Source: Alphaproteobacteria bacterium (GTDB taxonomy: Bacteria > Pseudomonadota > Alphaproteobacteria > Bin95). Taken from it: a stretch of 64,000 nt of DNA. A program made the translations under genes and the position numbers. Position 1 is the stretch's first letter; each line of letters opens with the position of its first letter. Below, one piece after another: positions 30,816 through 40,735 of this stretch. Where the stretch lies: positions 768,001 through 832,000 of the forward strand of contig OZ219786.1 of assembly GCA_964291285.2 (NCBI GenBank), given 5' to 3'. Below the pieces are notes generated by a model that saw only the letters and a program-made list of their open reading frames with translations, had not been told where the DNA came from and made no database searches.

Positions 30816-31476
30816 CGAGCTCCCCCGGACGCCCCTGCATGACGACTTCGCCCCGGTCCATGACCACGAACCGGTCGGCGAGTTCCCGTGCAAAATCGAA
30901 AAATTGCTCAACAAGCAGGATGGCAATGTCGCCCCGCGCGGCCAGCTGCGAAATCGCAGCGCCGATCTGCTTGATGATCGAGGGCTGGATGCCTTCGGTC
31001 GGCTCATCCAGCACCAGGAGGCGCGGGCGGGTGGCCAGCGCCCGACCGATAGCCAGTTGCTGCTGCTGCCCGCCGGAAAGGTCGCCGCCGCGCCGGTTCA
31101 TCATGTCGCGCAGGACGGGAAACAGATCGAAGATGTCCCCGGGCACCGTGCGTTCGGCGCGCGGCAGCATGCCGAGGCCGGTCCTCAGGTTTTCCTCGAC
31201 CGTGAGCAGCGGGAAGATCTCCCGCCCTTGCGGCACGAGGGCAAGACCCGCGCGGGCGCGGTCCGCCGCGGTGAGTCCGGTGATATCGGCGCCCTCCCAC
31301 TCCACCTTTCCCCGGCGCAGCGGAACATGGCCGACAAGCCCCCGGATGAGGCTGGTCTTGCCGACGCCGTTGCGGCCGAGCACGCAGGTGACCTCGCCCT
31401 TCAGCGCGGTGAGCGACACGCCCTTCAGCGCCTGGCTGGCGCCGTAATAGAGGTCGGCATCGTGGATCGTCAGCAT
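30781..31476 (-). CDS. urtE: Urea ABC transporter ATPase
   Basis: GRNGVGKT, VPQGREIFP, LSGGQQQQLAI and DEPTEGIQPS. Confidence 0.93.
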   Translation of the reverse strand: MLTIHDADLYYGASQALKGVSLTALKGEVTCVLGRNGVGKTSLIRGLVGHVPLRRGKVEWEGADITGLTAADRARAGLALVPQGREIFPLLTVEENLRTGLGMLPRAERTVPGDIFDLFPVLRDMMNRRGGDLSGGQQQQLAIGRALATRPRLLVLDEPTEGIQPSIIKQIGAAISQLAARGDIAILLVEQFFDFARELADRFVVMDRGEVVMQGRPGELDEDELQRRLSV

Positions 31477-31491
31477 GGTTTCGCCATCGCC

Positions 31492-32253
31492 TCAGCGCCC
31501 CAGATAGACTTCGATCACCGACTCGTTGGCCGAGACCGCGTCGAGTGTGCCTTCGGCCAGCATCGCGCCCTCGTGCAGCGCCGTTACCCGGCAGTCGAGC
31601 GCGCGCACGAACTCCATGTCGTGCTCGACCACGATGACGGAGCGCTCGCCCCCTGCGATCCGTTTCAGCAGCCGCGCGGTCCGCATGGTTTCCGCATCGG
31701 TCATGCCGGCGGCAGGTTCGTCGATCAGCAGGATGCTCGGGTCCTGAACCAGCAGCATCCCGATCTCGAGCCATTGCTTCTGGCCGTGGCTCAGGAGGCC
31801 GGCACGGTCGCCCGCCCGCTCGCGGAGCGCGATGAGGTCCAGCACCTCTTCGATGCGCTCGCGCTGCTCGCCGGACAGGCGCGCAAACAGCGTTCGCCGG
31901 GCGCGGCGGTCGGCGCGGCAGGCGAGCTCGAGGTTCTCAAACACGCTATGCGCCTCGAACACGGTCGGGCGCTGGAATTTGCGTCCAACGCCGAGCCCGG
32001 CAATGGCGGCCTCGTCGAGGCGGGTCAGGTCGTGGCGGCCGTGCAGCAGCACCTGCCCCTCATCCGGCCGCGTCTTGCCGGTGATGACGTCCATCATCGT
32101 GGACTTGCCGGCGCCGTTCGGCCCGATGACGGCCCTGAGTTCGCCCGGCTCCAGATAGAGGCTGAGCCGGTTGAGCGCCCTGAAGCCGTCGAAGCTGACG
32201 GTGATCGCATCGAGATAAAGTGCGGCATTGCTGACGGAAGGATGGTCAACCAT
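31492..32253 (-). CDS. urtD: Urea ABC transporter ATPase
   Basis: SFDGFRAL, GPNGAGKS, GRKFQRP and LSHGQKQWLEIGM. Confidence 0.93.
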   Translation of the reverse strand: MVDHPSVSNAALYLDAITVSFDGFRALNRLSLYLEPGELRAVIGPNGAGKSTMMDVITGKTRPDEGQVLLHGRHDLTRLDEAAIAGLGVGRKFQRPTVFEAHSVFENLELACRADRRARRTLFARLSGEQRERIEEVLDLIALRERAGDRAGLLSHGQKQWLEIGMLLVQDPSILLIDEPAAGMTDAETMRTARLLKRIAGGERSVIVVEHDMEFVRALDCRVTALHEGAMLAEGTLDAVSANESVIEVYLGR

Positions 32254-33343
32254 CGCCAACCTGCCTTTCCCGCCAGCGGGCGCGGAGGTTTGAAATTTCT
32301 CCGAGAACACCCTTGGGAACGAACAGCGTGACGGCGATGAACAGCCCGCCGAGCACGAAGAGCCACATCTCCGGAGCGGCGCCCGTCAGGAAGCTCTTGG
32401 CGTAGTTGACCAGCACCGCGCCGAGCGCCGCGCCGACCAGCGTGCCCCGGCCGCCGACCGCCACCCAGATGACGATTTCGATCGAATTGGCGGGCGAGAA
32501 TTCGCCGGGGTTGATGATGCCGACCTGCGGCACATAGAGCGCGCCGGCCACGCCCGCCATCATCGCCGAGACCGTGAAGGCGAGGATCTTGTAATGCTCC
32601 GGCCGGTAGCCGAGGAAGCGCGTGCGCTGCTCGGCGTCCCGGACCGCGACCAGCACGCGCCCGAACTTGCCGACCGTCATCCAGCGGCAGAGCAGGTAGC
32701 CGCCGGCGAGCGCAGCGGCAGAGGCAAGCAGCAGGCCGGCCCGCATGCGCGCGTCCTTCAGGTCGAGGCCGAACAGGTCCTTGAAGTCGGTCAGGCCGTT
32801 ATTGCCGCCGAAGCCCATGTCGTTGCGGAAGAAGGCGAGCATCAGCGCGAAGGTCATCGCCTGGCTGATGATCGAGAGGTAGACGCCGGTGACGCGGCTG
32901 CGGAAGGTGAGCCAGCCGAACAGGAAGGCCAGCGCGCCGGGCACGACCAGGCACATCGGCAGCGCGAACCAGGCCGAATCGAAGCCGTGCCAGTACCAGG
33001 GCAGTTCCTTCCAGTCGAGGAACACCATGAAGTCGGGAAGCTCGGGGTGTCCATAGACCCCGCGTTCGCCGATCTGGCGCATCAGGTGCATGCCCATGGC
33101 ATAGCCGCCCAGCGCGAAGAACGCCCCGTGGCCGAGGCTGAGAATGCCGGCGAAGCCCCAGACGAGATCGACGCTGAGCGCCAGCAGGGCGAAGCAGAGA
33201 TATTTGCCGATCAGGCCGACCACGTAGTTCGGCACGTGCAGCGCAGTGCCTTCCGGGAACGCGAGGTTCAGCAGCGCCGCGCCGGCCGCCAGCACCGCCA
33301 GCGCCGCCAGGAAAATGCGTCCCTTGAGGTCGAGCAGGCGCAC
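32246..33343 (-). CDS. urtC: Urea ABC transporter permease
   Basis: GILSLGHG, LPDFM, GGNNGLTDF and WVAVGGRG. Confidence 0.93.
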   Translation of the reverse strand: MRLLDLKGRIFLAALAVLAAGAALLNLAFPEGTALHVPNYVVGLIGKYLCFALLALSVDLVWGFAGILSLGHGAFFALGGYAMGMHLMRQIGERGVYGHPELPDFMVFLDWKELPWYWHGFDSAWFALPMCLVVPGALAFLFGWLTFRSRVTGVYLSIISQAMTFALMLAFFRNDMGFGGNNGLTDFKDLFGLDLKDARMRAGLLLASAAALAGGYLLCRWMTVGKFGRVLVAVRDAEQRTRFLGYRPEHYKILAFTVSAMMAGVAGALYVPQVGIINPGEFSPANSIEIVIWVAVGGRGTLVGAALGAVLVNYAKSFLTGAAPEMWLFVLGGLFIAVTLFVPKGVLGEISNLRARWRERQVGDG

Positions 33344-33347
33344 GGGA

Positions 33348-35033
33348 TCAGTGCTCCGCCGCCCGCCCGCGCATGGCGAAGAGGCCCTGCGGACGGCGTT
33401 GGATGAACAGGATGAGCGCGACCAGAATGACGATCTTGCCGAGCACCGCGCCGGAGAAGGGCTCGATGAACTTGTTGACGACGCCGAGCGACATCGCGCC
33501 GACCAGCACGCCCCAGAGATTGCCGACGCCGCCGAACACGATGACCATGAAGCTGTCGACGATGTAGGCCTGGCCCAGATTGGGGCTCACATTGTCGATC
33601 TGGCTGAGCGCCACGCCGGCCATGCCCGCCACGCCCGAGCCGAGCGCGAAGGTCATCGAGTCCACCTTGCGCGAGCGGATGCCCATGGCGTTCGCCATCG
33701 GCCGGTTCTGCGTCACCGCGCGCATTTCAAGGCCGAAGCTCGTGAAGCGGATGACGGCCATGACCGCGGCCAGCACGGCGAGCGAGAACAGGATGATCCA
33801 GATGCGGTTGTAGGTGATCGCGACGCCGCCGGCGAGCTCCACGGCGCCGCTCATCCAGTCGGGATTTCCGACCTCCCGGTTGGTCGGCCCGAAGATCGTC
33901 CGGACCGCCTGGCGCAGGACGAGGCTTACGCCCCAGGTGGCGAGCAGGGTTTCCAGCGGCCGCCCGTAAAGCCACCGGATGACGGACCGTTCCAGTCCGA
34001 CGCCGAGCGCCGCTGCGGCGAGGAACGCGGCCGGCACGGCAACCGCAAGGGACAGGCCGAAAAATTCCGGCGCGAAGGTGCGGAACAGCTCCTGGACCAC
34101 GAAGGTGGCGTAGGCGCCGACCATCACCATCTCGCCATGCGCCATGTTGATGACGCCCATGACGCCGAAAGTGATCGCGAGCCCGACCGCCGCCAACAGC
34201 AGCACCGAGCCCAGGCTGATGCCCTGGAACACCGCGCCGAACTGGCGGTAGAGCTCGAGCCGGTCCTCGATCTGCTGCAGGGCGGCCCGGGCGGCCTCCC
34301 TGACGGCGCCGTCGGTCTTCGCGTCGCCGACGACCCGCCCGAGAAGCGCGCGCGCCTCCGGCGATTCGCTCGCGCCCAGCCGCTCCGCGGCCGCAATGCG
34401 CACCGGCGGCGTCGAATCCGGGCCGATATCGACCGCCGCCAGCGCAAGCTCCATGGCGGCCCGCACATCCCCGTCGGCTTCGCGCTCCAGCGCGGCGCGC
34501 AATGCCGGACGAAGGCCGGGGTCCGCGGATTTCAACAGGCCGGCCGCCGCTTCGAGCCGTACGCCGCGGTCGGCATGAGTGAGGTTGAGACCGGCGAGCG
34601 CCTTGCGGATCGCCCGTCTCAGCCGGTTGTTCACCTTGACCTTCTTCAACGATTTTGACGGCGCCGTCCCGGCCTGTTCGCCCGCGACCGGGTCGAACAG
34701 GTCGAATTCGCGGCCCCGCTTGGACACGACGAACAGCCGCTTGTCGTCCTTGCGGTAGTAGAGCTTGCCATCGACCATGGCCGAGATGACCGGCGCGGCG
34801 GCCGGATGTCCGGACGCCGCCAGCGCCTCGACGCCGGCCTGGCGCTTCCTGGCCGACTTCTCGGCCAGCAGGACGAGCGCCGCATCGAAACCCTCGGACG
34901 CGCTGCCGCCGCCGGGAGCCAGGCAGGCTCCGGCGGCGAACAGGACAAGGACCATACGGAAGATAGCGTTGCGGACCGCCAAGGCTCCACACCCCGTGTC
35001 GCGGGAAGGCTGCGGCGGCCGGAGCCGCCGCAA
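33348..35033 (-). CDS. urtB: Urea ABC transporter permease with a long periplasmic N-terminal domain (start uncertain)
   Basis: GLAITFGVMGVINMAHGE, RPLETLLATWG and DSFMVIVFGG. Confidence 0.93.
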   Translation of the reverse strand: MRRLRPPQPSRDTGCGALAVRNAIFRMVLVLFAAGACLAPGGGSASEGFDAALVLLAEKSARKRQAGVEALAASGHPAAAPVISAMVDGKLYYRKDDKRLFVVSKRGREFDLFDPVAGEQAGTAPSKSLKKVKVNNRLRRAIRKALAGLNLTHADRGVRLEAAAGLLKSADPGLRPALRAALEREADGDVRAAMELALAAVDIGPDSTPPVRIAAAERLGASESPEARALLGRVVGDAKTDGAVREAARAALQQIEDRLELYRQFGAVFQGISLGSVLLLAAVGLAITFGVMGVINMAHGEMVMVGAYATFVVQELFRTFAPEFFGLSLAVAVPAAFLAAAALGVGLERSVIRWLYGRPLETLLATWGVSLVLRQAVRTIFGPTNREVGNPDWMSGAVELAGGVAITYNRIWIILFSLAVLAAVMAVIRFTSFGLEMRAVTQNRPMANAMGIRSRKVDSMTFALGSGVAGMAGVALSQIDNVSPNLGQAYIVDSFMVIVFGGVGNLWGVLVGAMSLGVVNKFIEPFSGAVLGKIVILVALILFIQRRPQGLFAMRGRAAEH

Positions 35034-35039
35034 TCCCGG

Positions 35040-36323
35040 TCAGAACATCGGCTTTTCGCAGTTGCCGCAGACCCAGGGATAGGTCCAGTCGGCGGTGAGC
35101 TTGGCGCTTTCCGGGATATAGTCGGACCAGGCGTCGCCCACCACCGGACCGTCGGTCTCCCAGACGACCTCGAACTGCCCGTCATCCTGCACCTCGCCGA
35201 TCAGCACCGGCTTGGAGAGGTGGTGGTTGACGTTCATCAGCGCCGTGGTGCCCGTCAGCGAGGTGACGGTCTGGCCGTACATGGCCTGCCGGACCGCATC
35301 GACATCGGTGCTGCCGGCCTGGTTCACCGCCTGCACCCACATCCTGAAGCCGATATAGTGGGCTTCCATCGGGTCATTGGTGACGCGGTCCTCATCGCCG
35401 ATGAAGGCGTGCCACTTCTCGATGAAGGCCTCGTTCTCGGGCGTCTCCACCGACATGAAGTAGTTCCACGCGGCGAGATGGCCGACCAGCGGGGCGGTAT
35501 CGATGCCGGCAAGCTCTTCCTCGCCGACGGAGAAGGCGACCACGGGCAGGTCCTCGGCCATTACGCCCTGGTTGGCGAGCTCCTTGTAGAAAGGCACATT
35601 GGCGTCGCCGTTGATCGTCGAGACGATGGCGGTCTTCTTGCCCTCGCTCGCAAACGCGCGGACCTTCGAGACGATCGTCTGCCAGTCGGAATGCCCGAAG
35701 GGCGTGTATTCCTCGAGGATGTCATCGTCGGAAATCCCCTTGGAATGCAGGAAGGCGCGCAGGATCTTGTTGGTCGTGCGCGGATAGACATAGTCGGTGC
35801 CGAGCAGGGCGAAACGCTCGGCGCCGCCGCCGTCCTCGCTCATCAGGTATTCGACGGCCGGGATCGCCTGCTGGTTCGGCGCCGCGCCTGTATAGAAGAC
35901 ATTGCGGGAGGACTCTTCGCCCTCATACTGCACCGGGTAGAACAGGAGCCCGTTCAGTTCCTCGAACACCGGCAGCACCGACTTGCGGCTGACCGAGGTC
36001 CAGCAGCCGAAGATAACGGCGACCTTTTCCTTTTCGATCAGTTCGCGCGCCTTCTCGGCGAAGAGCGGCCAGTCCGACGCCGGATCGACCACGACCGGCT
36101 CCACCTGCTTGCCGAGCAGGCCGCCACTCTTGTTGACGTCGTCGATGAGCATCAGCATGGCGTCCTTCAGCGTCGTCTCGCTGATCGCCATCGTGCCCGA
36201 AAGGGAATGCAGGATCCCCACCTTGATCGTCTCGGCCATGGCCGGCACCGCCGACACCATTGCCGCTCCGGCGAAAAGGCCGGCCGCCGCAAGGTTCCGA
36301 ATACGGCTCATCATCGTGTTCAT
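35040..36323 (-). CDS. urtA: Urea ABC transporter substrate-binding protein
   Basis: IKVGILHSLSGTMAISE, GCWTSVSRK, YPVQYEG and GTDYVYPR. Confidence 0.95.
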   Translation of the reverse strand: MNTMMSRIRNLAAAGLFAGAAMVSAVPAMAETIKVGILHSLSGTMAISETTLKDAMLMLIDDVNKSGGLLGKQVEPVVVDPASDWPLFAEKARELIEKEKVAVIFGCWTSVSRKSVLPVFEELNGLLFYPVQYEGEESSRNVFYTGAAPNQQAIPAVEYLMSEDGGGAERFALLGTDYVYPRTTNKILRAFLHSKGISDDDILEEYTPFGHSDWQTIVSKVRAFASEGKKTAIVSTINGDANVPFYKELANQGVMAEDLPVVAFSVGEEELAGIDTAPLVGHLAAWNYFMSVETPENEAFIEKWHAFIGDEDRVTNDPMEAHYIGFRMWVQAVNQAGSTDVDAVRQAMYGQTVTSLTGTTALMNVNHHLSKPVLIGEVQDDGQFEVVWETDGPVVGDAWSDYIPESAKLTADWTYPWVCGNCEKPMF

Positions 36324-36365
36324 CGCGTTTCGACTCCACGCACAGGTTTGCACTGCAACATGAAA

Positions 36366-36382
36366 AGCAAGCCGCATGCCAA
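36366..36382 (-). promoter_or_regulatory. Sigma54 (-24/-12) promoter of the urt-ure cluster
   Basis: Minus strand TTGGCATGCGGCTTGCT, with exact GG-N10-GC spacing. Confidence 0.85.
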
Positions 36383-36467
36383 ACTCCGGAAGCGGGCGCC
36401 GGAACCGGTGGAGCAGTGTTCCCGAGAGCAGCAAAGACTGATTTTCAGGCGGCCGCTCCGTAAAATT

Positions 36468-36484
36468 TGCTTAATATATAGGCA
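36468..36484. promoter_or_regulatory. NtrC-type upstream activator site
   Basis: TGC-TTAATATATAG-GCA (TGC-N11-GCA with an AT-rich core), about 90-100 bp upstream of the sigma54 promoter; weaker similar site adjacent. Confidence 0.6.
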
Positions 36485-36511
36485 GAGACAAAAATTAGGC
36501 GATTCTGGAAC

Positions 36512-36868
36512 TCACCAGCGGCGCCAGGCTTCCACCGCCAGCGCCACGGCGACGGTCCAGGCGAGGGCGGCGGCGATGCGGAACGCCCACTGCACCCGGC
36601 GCGGCCAGCGGCGAATGGTCCTGCGGCTCCAGTAAAGCAGGGGAATGCACCAGGGCGCCGCCCAGCTTACCGCGATGGCGGCCGGCCATCGGGCCTCCTC
36701 CGGCGCGGGCGCGCCGAAGAAGAACCGGGTCACGGCGTCGGAGACGAGGGCGCCCGGGATCGAGAGCATGACGAGGCCGAACAGGAATCCCAGCCCCAGC
36801 GCCACGAGCAGCACATAGCAGCGCGGCGAGAAGACGAAGAGCAGAATGCGGAACCAGAGGTCGTTCAT
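36512..36868 (-). CDS. Small hypothetical membrane protein
   Basis: GAGGG RBS; about 3 hydrophobic segments. Confidence 0.55.
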   Translation of the reverse strand: MNDLWFRILLFVFSPRCYVLLVALGLGFLFGLVMLSIPGALVSDAVTRFFFGAPAPEEARWPAAIAVSWAAPWCIPLLYWSRRTIRRWPRRVQWAFRIAAALAWTVAVALAVEAWRRW

Positions 36869-36942
36869 GCCGCCCTCTCGGCTTGCGGCGCGGGGCCGGC
36901 TGCGGCATGAGTCGGGGCAATGGAGCATCGGAGGCCTGTCCC

Positions 36943-37502
36943 ATGACGCCCGAACGCATTCTGGCCGAACCGCCGCGGGTCCTGCCGCAACAGGCGCGCA
37001 TCGACTATTTCGAGAAGGGTTTCGCGCTGGTCGAGGATGCGGTGCCGGAAGTATGGATCGACCGGCTGCTGGCGGTCACCGGGCGCATGGTGCAGGCGAG
37101 CCGTTCGGAGCGGGAGGCGGGGCATGTCTTTGACATCGCTCCCGAACACGGCCCGGACAATCCCCGCGTGCGCCGCATCAAGCGCCCGGACGAGCAGGAC
37201 GAAGCCTATTGGGCCTTCGTGCAGGAAGTGCTGGCCGATATTGCGGCCGACCTGCTGGGCCCGGATGTCGTGTTCCACCATTCCAAGCTGAATTTCAAAT
37301 GGTTCGAGGGCGGCGACGAGGTGCAGTGGCACCAGGATATCCAGTTCTATCCGCACACCAATTACGACCACCTGACCATCGGCGCCTATCTCGCCGATAC
37401 CGGCCCCGAGAACGGGCCCATGTCGATGCTGCCGCAGAGCCACAGGGGACCGCTTTACGACCTTTACGCGCCGGACGGCAACTGGGCAGGGCACCTGCGG
37501 GC
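36943..37502 (+). pseudogene. PhyH-family Fe/2OG dioxygenase, 5' part (interrupted by IS21)
   Basis: FHHSKLNFK, WHQD and PQSHRG; frame breaks at GHLRA. Confidence 0.88.
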
Positions 37503-37562
37503 TGTTAGCGACGGTTACAGAGCGCGCCTATTCGCTGACATTTTTCGGCCGGTTGCGGTTTT

Positions 37563-38435
37563 TCAGTTGATCTGTTGGTCATCGGTTTCGATTGGTTCGC
37601 CGGCTCGGTCGCGGATGAGCATGTCGTTCCAGTCCCGGTTGTCGAGTGCGGGTCGCAGCCGGACGATTCTGGTGTCGTTGCGGGCGAGGCGCCTTGCGGC
37701 GTGATCGCCGTTTGTGGTGGCGTCGTATGCACAGAAGATGAGGCGCGGGTTCCATGCCTCGATCCATTTGGGGACTTTGGTGGCGACGGCGCCGGTGGAG
37801 ACGGTGGCGCATTCGGTGCGTTTTACCGGGCCGAGGTGGAGGGAGAGGATGGAGAGTGCGTCGAGGGCGTTGCCGGCCAGGATGACGGCGTGTGGCCATT
37901 CGGTCTCCCAGGACATCCAGAAGCCGCCGCCCGCGGTCGTTTTGCGGTCAGCGGTGACGGTTTCGATGCCGGTAGCCTCGCCGGCGGCGTTTCGGCGGAC
38001 GAACACGGGGTTGCCGTGAGGGTCGGCATGGACCAGGCCGAGGTCGCGGCACAGGATGACGAGCGCGTCCGCGAGGCCGCGCCGCTCGACGAGGTATCGC
38101 CGGAGGTTGGGCCAGCGGGGGTCCTTGGCCGGCGCCTGCCGGCGGCCGCCTGGGGGCATTGAGAGGTCGGACAGTTCGGCGAGGAAGTCGATGGCGTCCG
38201 GCGGGGTGCATCCGAGCGCATGGACCGCCAGTTCGATAGCCCCGGCTCCCTCCTCTGCGCGCAGATGGTCGTAGAACATGAAGCGGTTGATGGAGAGGAC
38301 CGATCCTGGCCGTCTCCAGCGCACGGCATTGTCGGGATCGCTGCGGTAGCCGAGGGCTCGGGCGACGGGTTCGAGGGGATAGCCCCGCAGGCTCTCGGCC
38401 CGCACCCGCCGCTCGCGGGGGCGGGAGGGATGCAT
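37563..38435 (-). CDS. DUF3991/Toprim primase-like protein
   Basis: FYDH..GAGAIELAVH, RRYLVERRGL, VFVRRNAAGEATGIE, NALDALS, CAYDAT..GD and DWNDML. Confidence 0.7.
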   Translation of the reverse strand: MHPSRPRERRVRAESLRGYPLEPVARALGYRSDPDNAVRWRRPGSVLSINRFMFYDHLRAEEGAGAIELAVHALGCTPPDAIDFLAELSDLSMPPGGRRQAPAKDPRWPNLRRYLVERRGLADALVILCRDLGLVHADPHGNPVFVRRNAAGEATGIETVTADRKTTAGGGFWMSWETEWPHAVILAGNALDALSILSLHLGPVKRTECATVSTGAVATKVPKWIEAWNPRLIFCAYDATTNGDHAARRLARNDTRIVRLRPALDNRDWNDMLIRDRAGEPIETDDQQIN

Positions 38436-38437
38436 GG

Positions 38438-39232
38438 CTATGGCGACGGGACCGGGTTCGCCTTTCCAGTGCTTTGCCCGGCTTTCGGTCCGCGCCGGCG
38501 GCGGCGTTCGGCGCTGCGCTGCTTCTGACGTTCCTCGGCTTCCTTGCGGCGCCAGGAGTCGCCGTCGATGGCGACGATCTCGGCGTTGTGGACGAGCCGG
38601 TCGACGAGGGCGACCAGGCAGGCGGCGTTTGGGAAGGCCTCGCTCCACTCGGCGAAGGGGCGGTTCGTGGTGATTATGGTTGAGTTCTGCTGGCTGCGGC
38701 TTGAGACGATGTTGAACAGCAGGTCGGCGTGGCGGTTGGAGTAGGAGAGATATCCGACTTCGTCGATGACCAGCAGGTGCTGTCGGGCGTAGAAGCGCAG
38801 CCTGCGCTGGAGCAGGGTGTCGGAGTCGATGGCGGCGAGTTCGCCGAGCAGGCTGGCGGCGGTTGCGAAGCGCACGATGTGGCCTTCGAGGACGGCGCGG
38901 TGGGCGATATTGGCGGCGATGGTGGACTTTCCGACGCCGTTGGGTCCGACCAGTACGAGGTTTGCGGCCTCCTTGAGGAAGTCGAGGGTCATGAGGTCCT
39001 CGACGGCCATGCGGTCGCAGCGCCTTGGCCAGTCCCAGTCGAAGTCTGCGAGCGGCTTGAACTGTCCGAGGCGGGCGTCGGCGAGGCGGCGTTTGAGGCT
39101 TCGGGCGCGCTTCTCATCTTCTTCCCACGCGATCAGGGAGGCGAGCCAGTCGCGCTCCGCGACTTCGCCCCAATGGGCGAGGAGGCCGTGCAGGCCCAGC
39201 GCGCGGGCGCGGTTCATGAGGGTGTCGGTCAT
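38438..39232 (-). CDS. istB: IS21 helper AAA+ ATPase
   Basis: LADFDW, GPNGVGKS, LLVIDEVGY, ITTNRPF and VDRLVH. Confidence 0.93.
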   Translation of the reverse strand: MTDTLMNRARALGLHGLLAHWGEVAERDWLASLIAWEEDEKRARSLKRRLADARLGQFKPLADFDWDWPRRCDRMAVEDLMTLDFLKEAANLVLVGPNGVGKSTIAANIAHRAVLEGHIVRFATAASLLGELAAIDSDTLLQRRLRFYARQHLLVIDEVGYLSYSNRHADLLFNIVSSRSQQNSTIITTNRPFAEWSEAFPNAACLVALVDRLVHNAEIVAIDGDSWRRKEAEERQKQRSAERRRRRGPKAGQSTGKANPVPSP

Positions 39233-40734
39233 TCTTCGCTGTCCTTTTCATGGTAGCCGGCCAGCCCGTCGTATCCGCCGAGATCGTGATCGCGCACGGC
39301 GATGTCGCGCACGCGCGGGTCCCTGGGCAGGTCGATGGGGATCGGCGGCGGCCTGTCCTGCAGTTCGCGCCGCCGTGTGAGGCTGAGGCGCACGGCATTG
39401 GGATGGGGGACGCCGCGTTCGAGGGCCTCGTCGATGGCGGCTTCGAGCTCGGCGGCGCCGTATTGGTCGAGCAGGCGCAGCAGGGCGGCGACGGTGGCGC
39501 CGATATAAGCGCCGCGGGGGGCGGCCTCGGCGATCAGGCGCTCGCTGTTGGGCGCGGCCTGGAGCAGCCGGCTCTGCCCGCGCAGGCTGCGGGCGTGACG
39601 CTTGCGCCTGACCAGCTCCTCAATGTGTTCGGGGTTCTCGATGCGGGCCGCCTTGTCGAAGCTGCGCGGATGGCGGGCGATGACCTCCATGCCGTCGAGG
39701 ATGCGCACCTCTTCCAGCGTCGCGGCCACGGTGAGGGTGCGCCGGACATGGGTATGCGGGACGCTGTAGTCATTGAGGTCGAACCTGGCATAGGGGGTCT
39801 TGGCGATCCTGACCTCGACCCTCTCGTCGACGGGGGGACGGTCGTCGGGCAGCGCCATCAGGGAGCCGCGCTCGCGCTCGAAGGCCTCGCTCACGGTGAG
39901 GGAGCGGTCGTCCGGCCAGGGGCGGTCGGCGGCGACGCCCTCGCACCACTCCCGGGCCTGGGCGTTGAGATCGTCGAGGTCACGCCAGGCGCGGGCGGCG
40001 AAGAAGCTGTCGCGCACATAGCGTATGGCCCGCTCGACGCGGCCCTTCTCGTTGCCTCGGGCGACCGCGACCGGCTTCGGCAGGAAGCGGTAGGCGCCTG
40101 CGAAGTCGAGAAGCCGGGGATTGAAGCGGATGGCGTCGCCGCGCCGCTCCAGCACGACGCTCTTCAGATTGTCGTACCAGAGCTCGCGGGGCACGCCCTG
40201 CCAAGCCTCGAAGGCCTCGACATGGCCGCGCAGGAAGTTGTCCATCCCGGCGTTGAGGTAGAAGCGCAGGAAGAGGCGGCGCGAGTGGCCGAGCACCATC
40301 ACGAAGGCCATCAGCGGGCGCTCCGCACGCCCGATCCTCACCTTGCCGAAGTGGGCCCAGTCGACCTGGGCCTGCTCGCCGGGCAGGGCCTTGAGGCGCA
40401 GATAGGCCTCGGCCACCGGCCGCGGACGCTCGGGCGCGATCATGCGCCGGAAGTGGCTCTCGCACCCCCGGTAACCGCGCTCGACCGCCATCCGGTAGAG
40501 CCGGCTGGAGGGCAACTTCGGCCAGACCGCCAGGGTCTGGCGGACGAAGGGCAGGAACGGATCGATCATCGAAGATCTGCGCCGCTTCTCAGGCGTGGGC
40601 GCCCCGGCGGCCGCCACCGCGCGCTCGACCGTGCCGTGGTGGACGCCGAGCTGGCGCGCGATCGTGCCGATCCGCCACTTCTCGGCAAAATACAGCCGCA
40701 GGATCTCGGCCCGGGTCTGCTGGTCGATCGCCAT
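39229..40734 (-). CDS. istA: IS21 DDE transposase
   Basis: N-terminal HTH (IARQLGVHHGTV), PGEQAQVDW, YDNLKS, EKGRVER and NDYSVP; ATGA overlap with istB. Confidence 0.93.
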   Translation of the reverse strand: MAIDQQTRAEILRLYFAEKWRIGTIARQLGVHHGTVERAVAAAGAPTPEKRRRSSMIDPFLPFVRQTLAVWPKLPSSRLYRMAVERGYRGCESHFRRMIAPERPRPVAEAYLRLKALPGEQAQVDWAHFGKVRIGRAERPLMAFVMVLGHSRRLFLRFYLNAGMDNFLRGHVEAFEAWQGVPRELWYDNLKSVVLERRGDAIRFNPRLLDFAGAYRFLPKPVAVARGNEKGRVERAIRYVRDSFFAARAWRDLDDLNAQAREWCEGVAADRPWPDDRSLTVSEAFERERGSLMALPDDRPPVDERVEVRIAKTPYARFDLNDYSVPHTHVRRTLTVAATLEEVRILDGMEVIARHPRSFDKAARIENPEHIEELVRRKRHARSLRGQSRLLQAAPNSERLIAEAAPRGAYIGATVAALLRLLDQYGAAELEAAIDEALERGVPHPNAVRLSLTRRRELQDRPPPIPIDLPRDPRVRDIAVRDHDLGGYDGLAGYHEKDSEE

Positions 40735-40735
40735 C

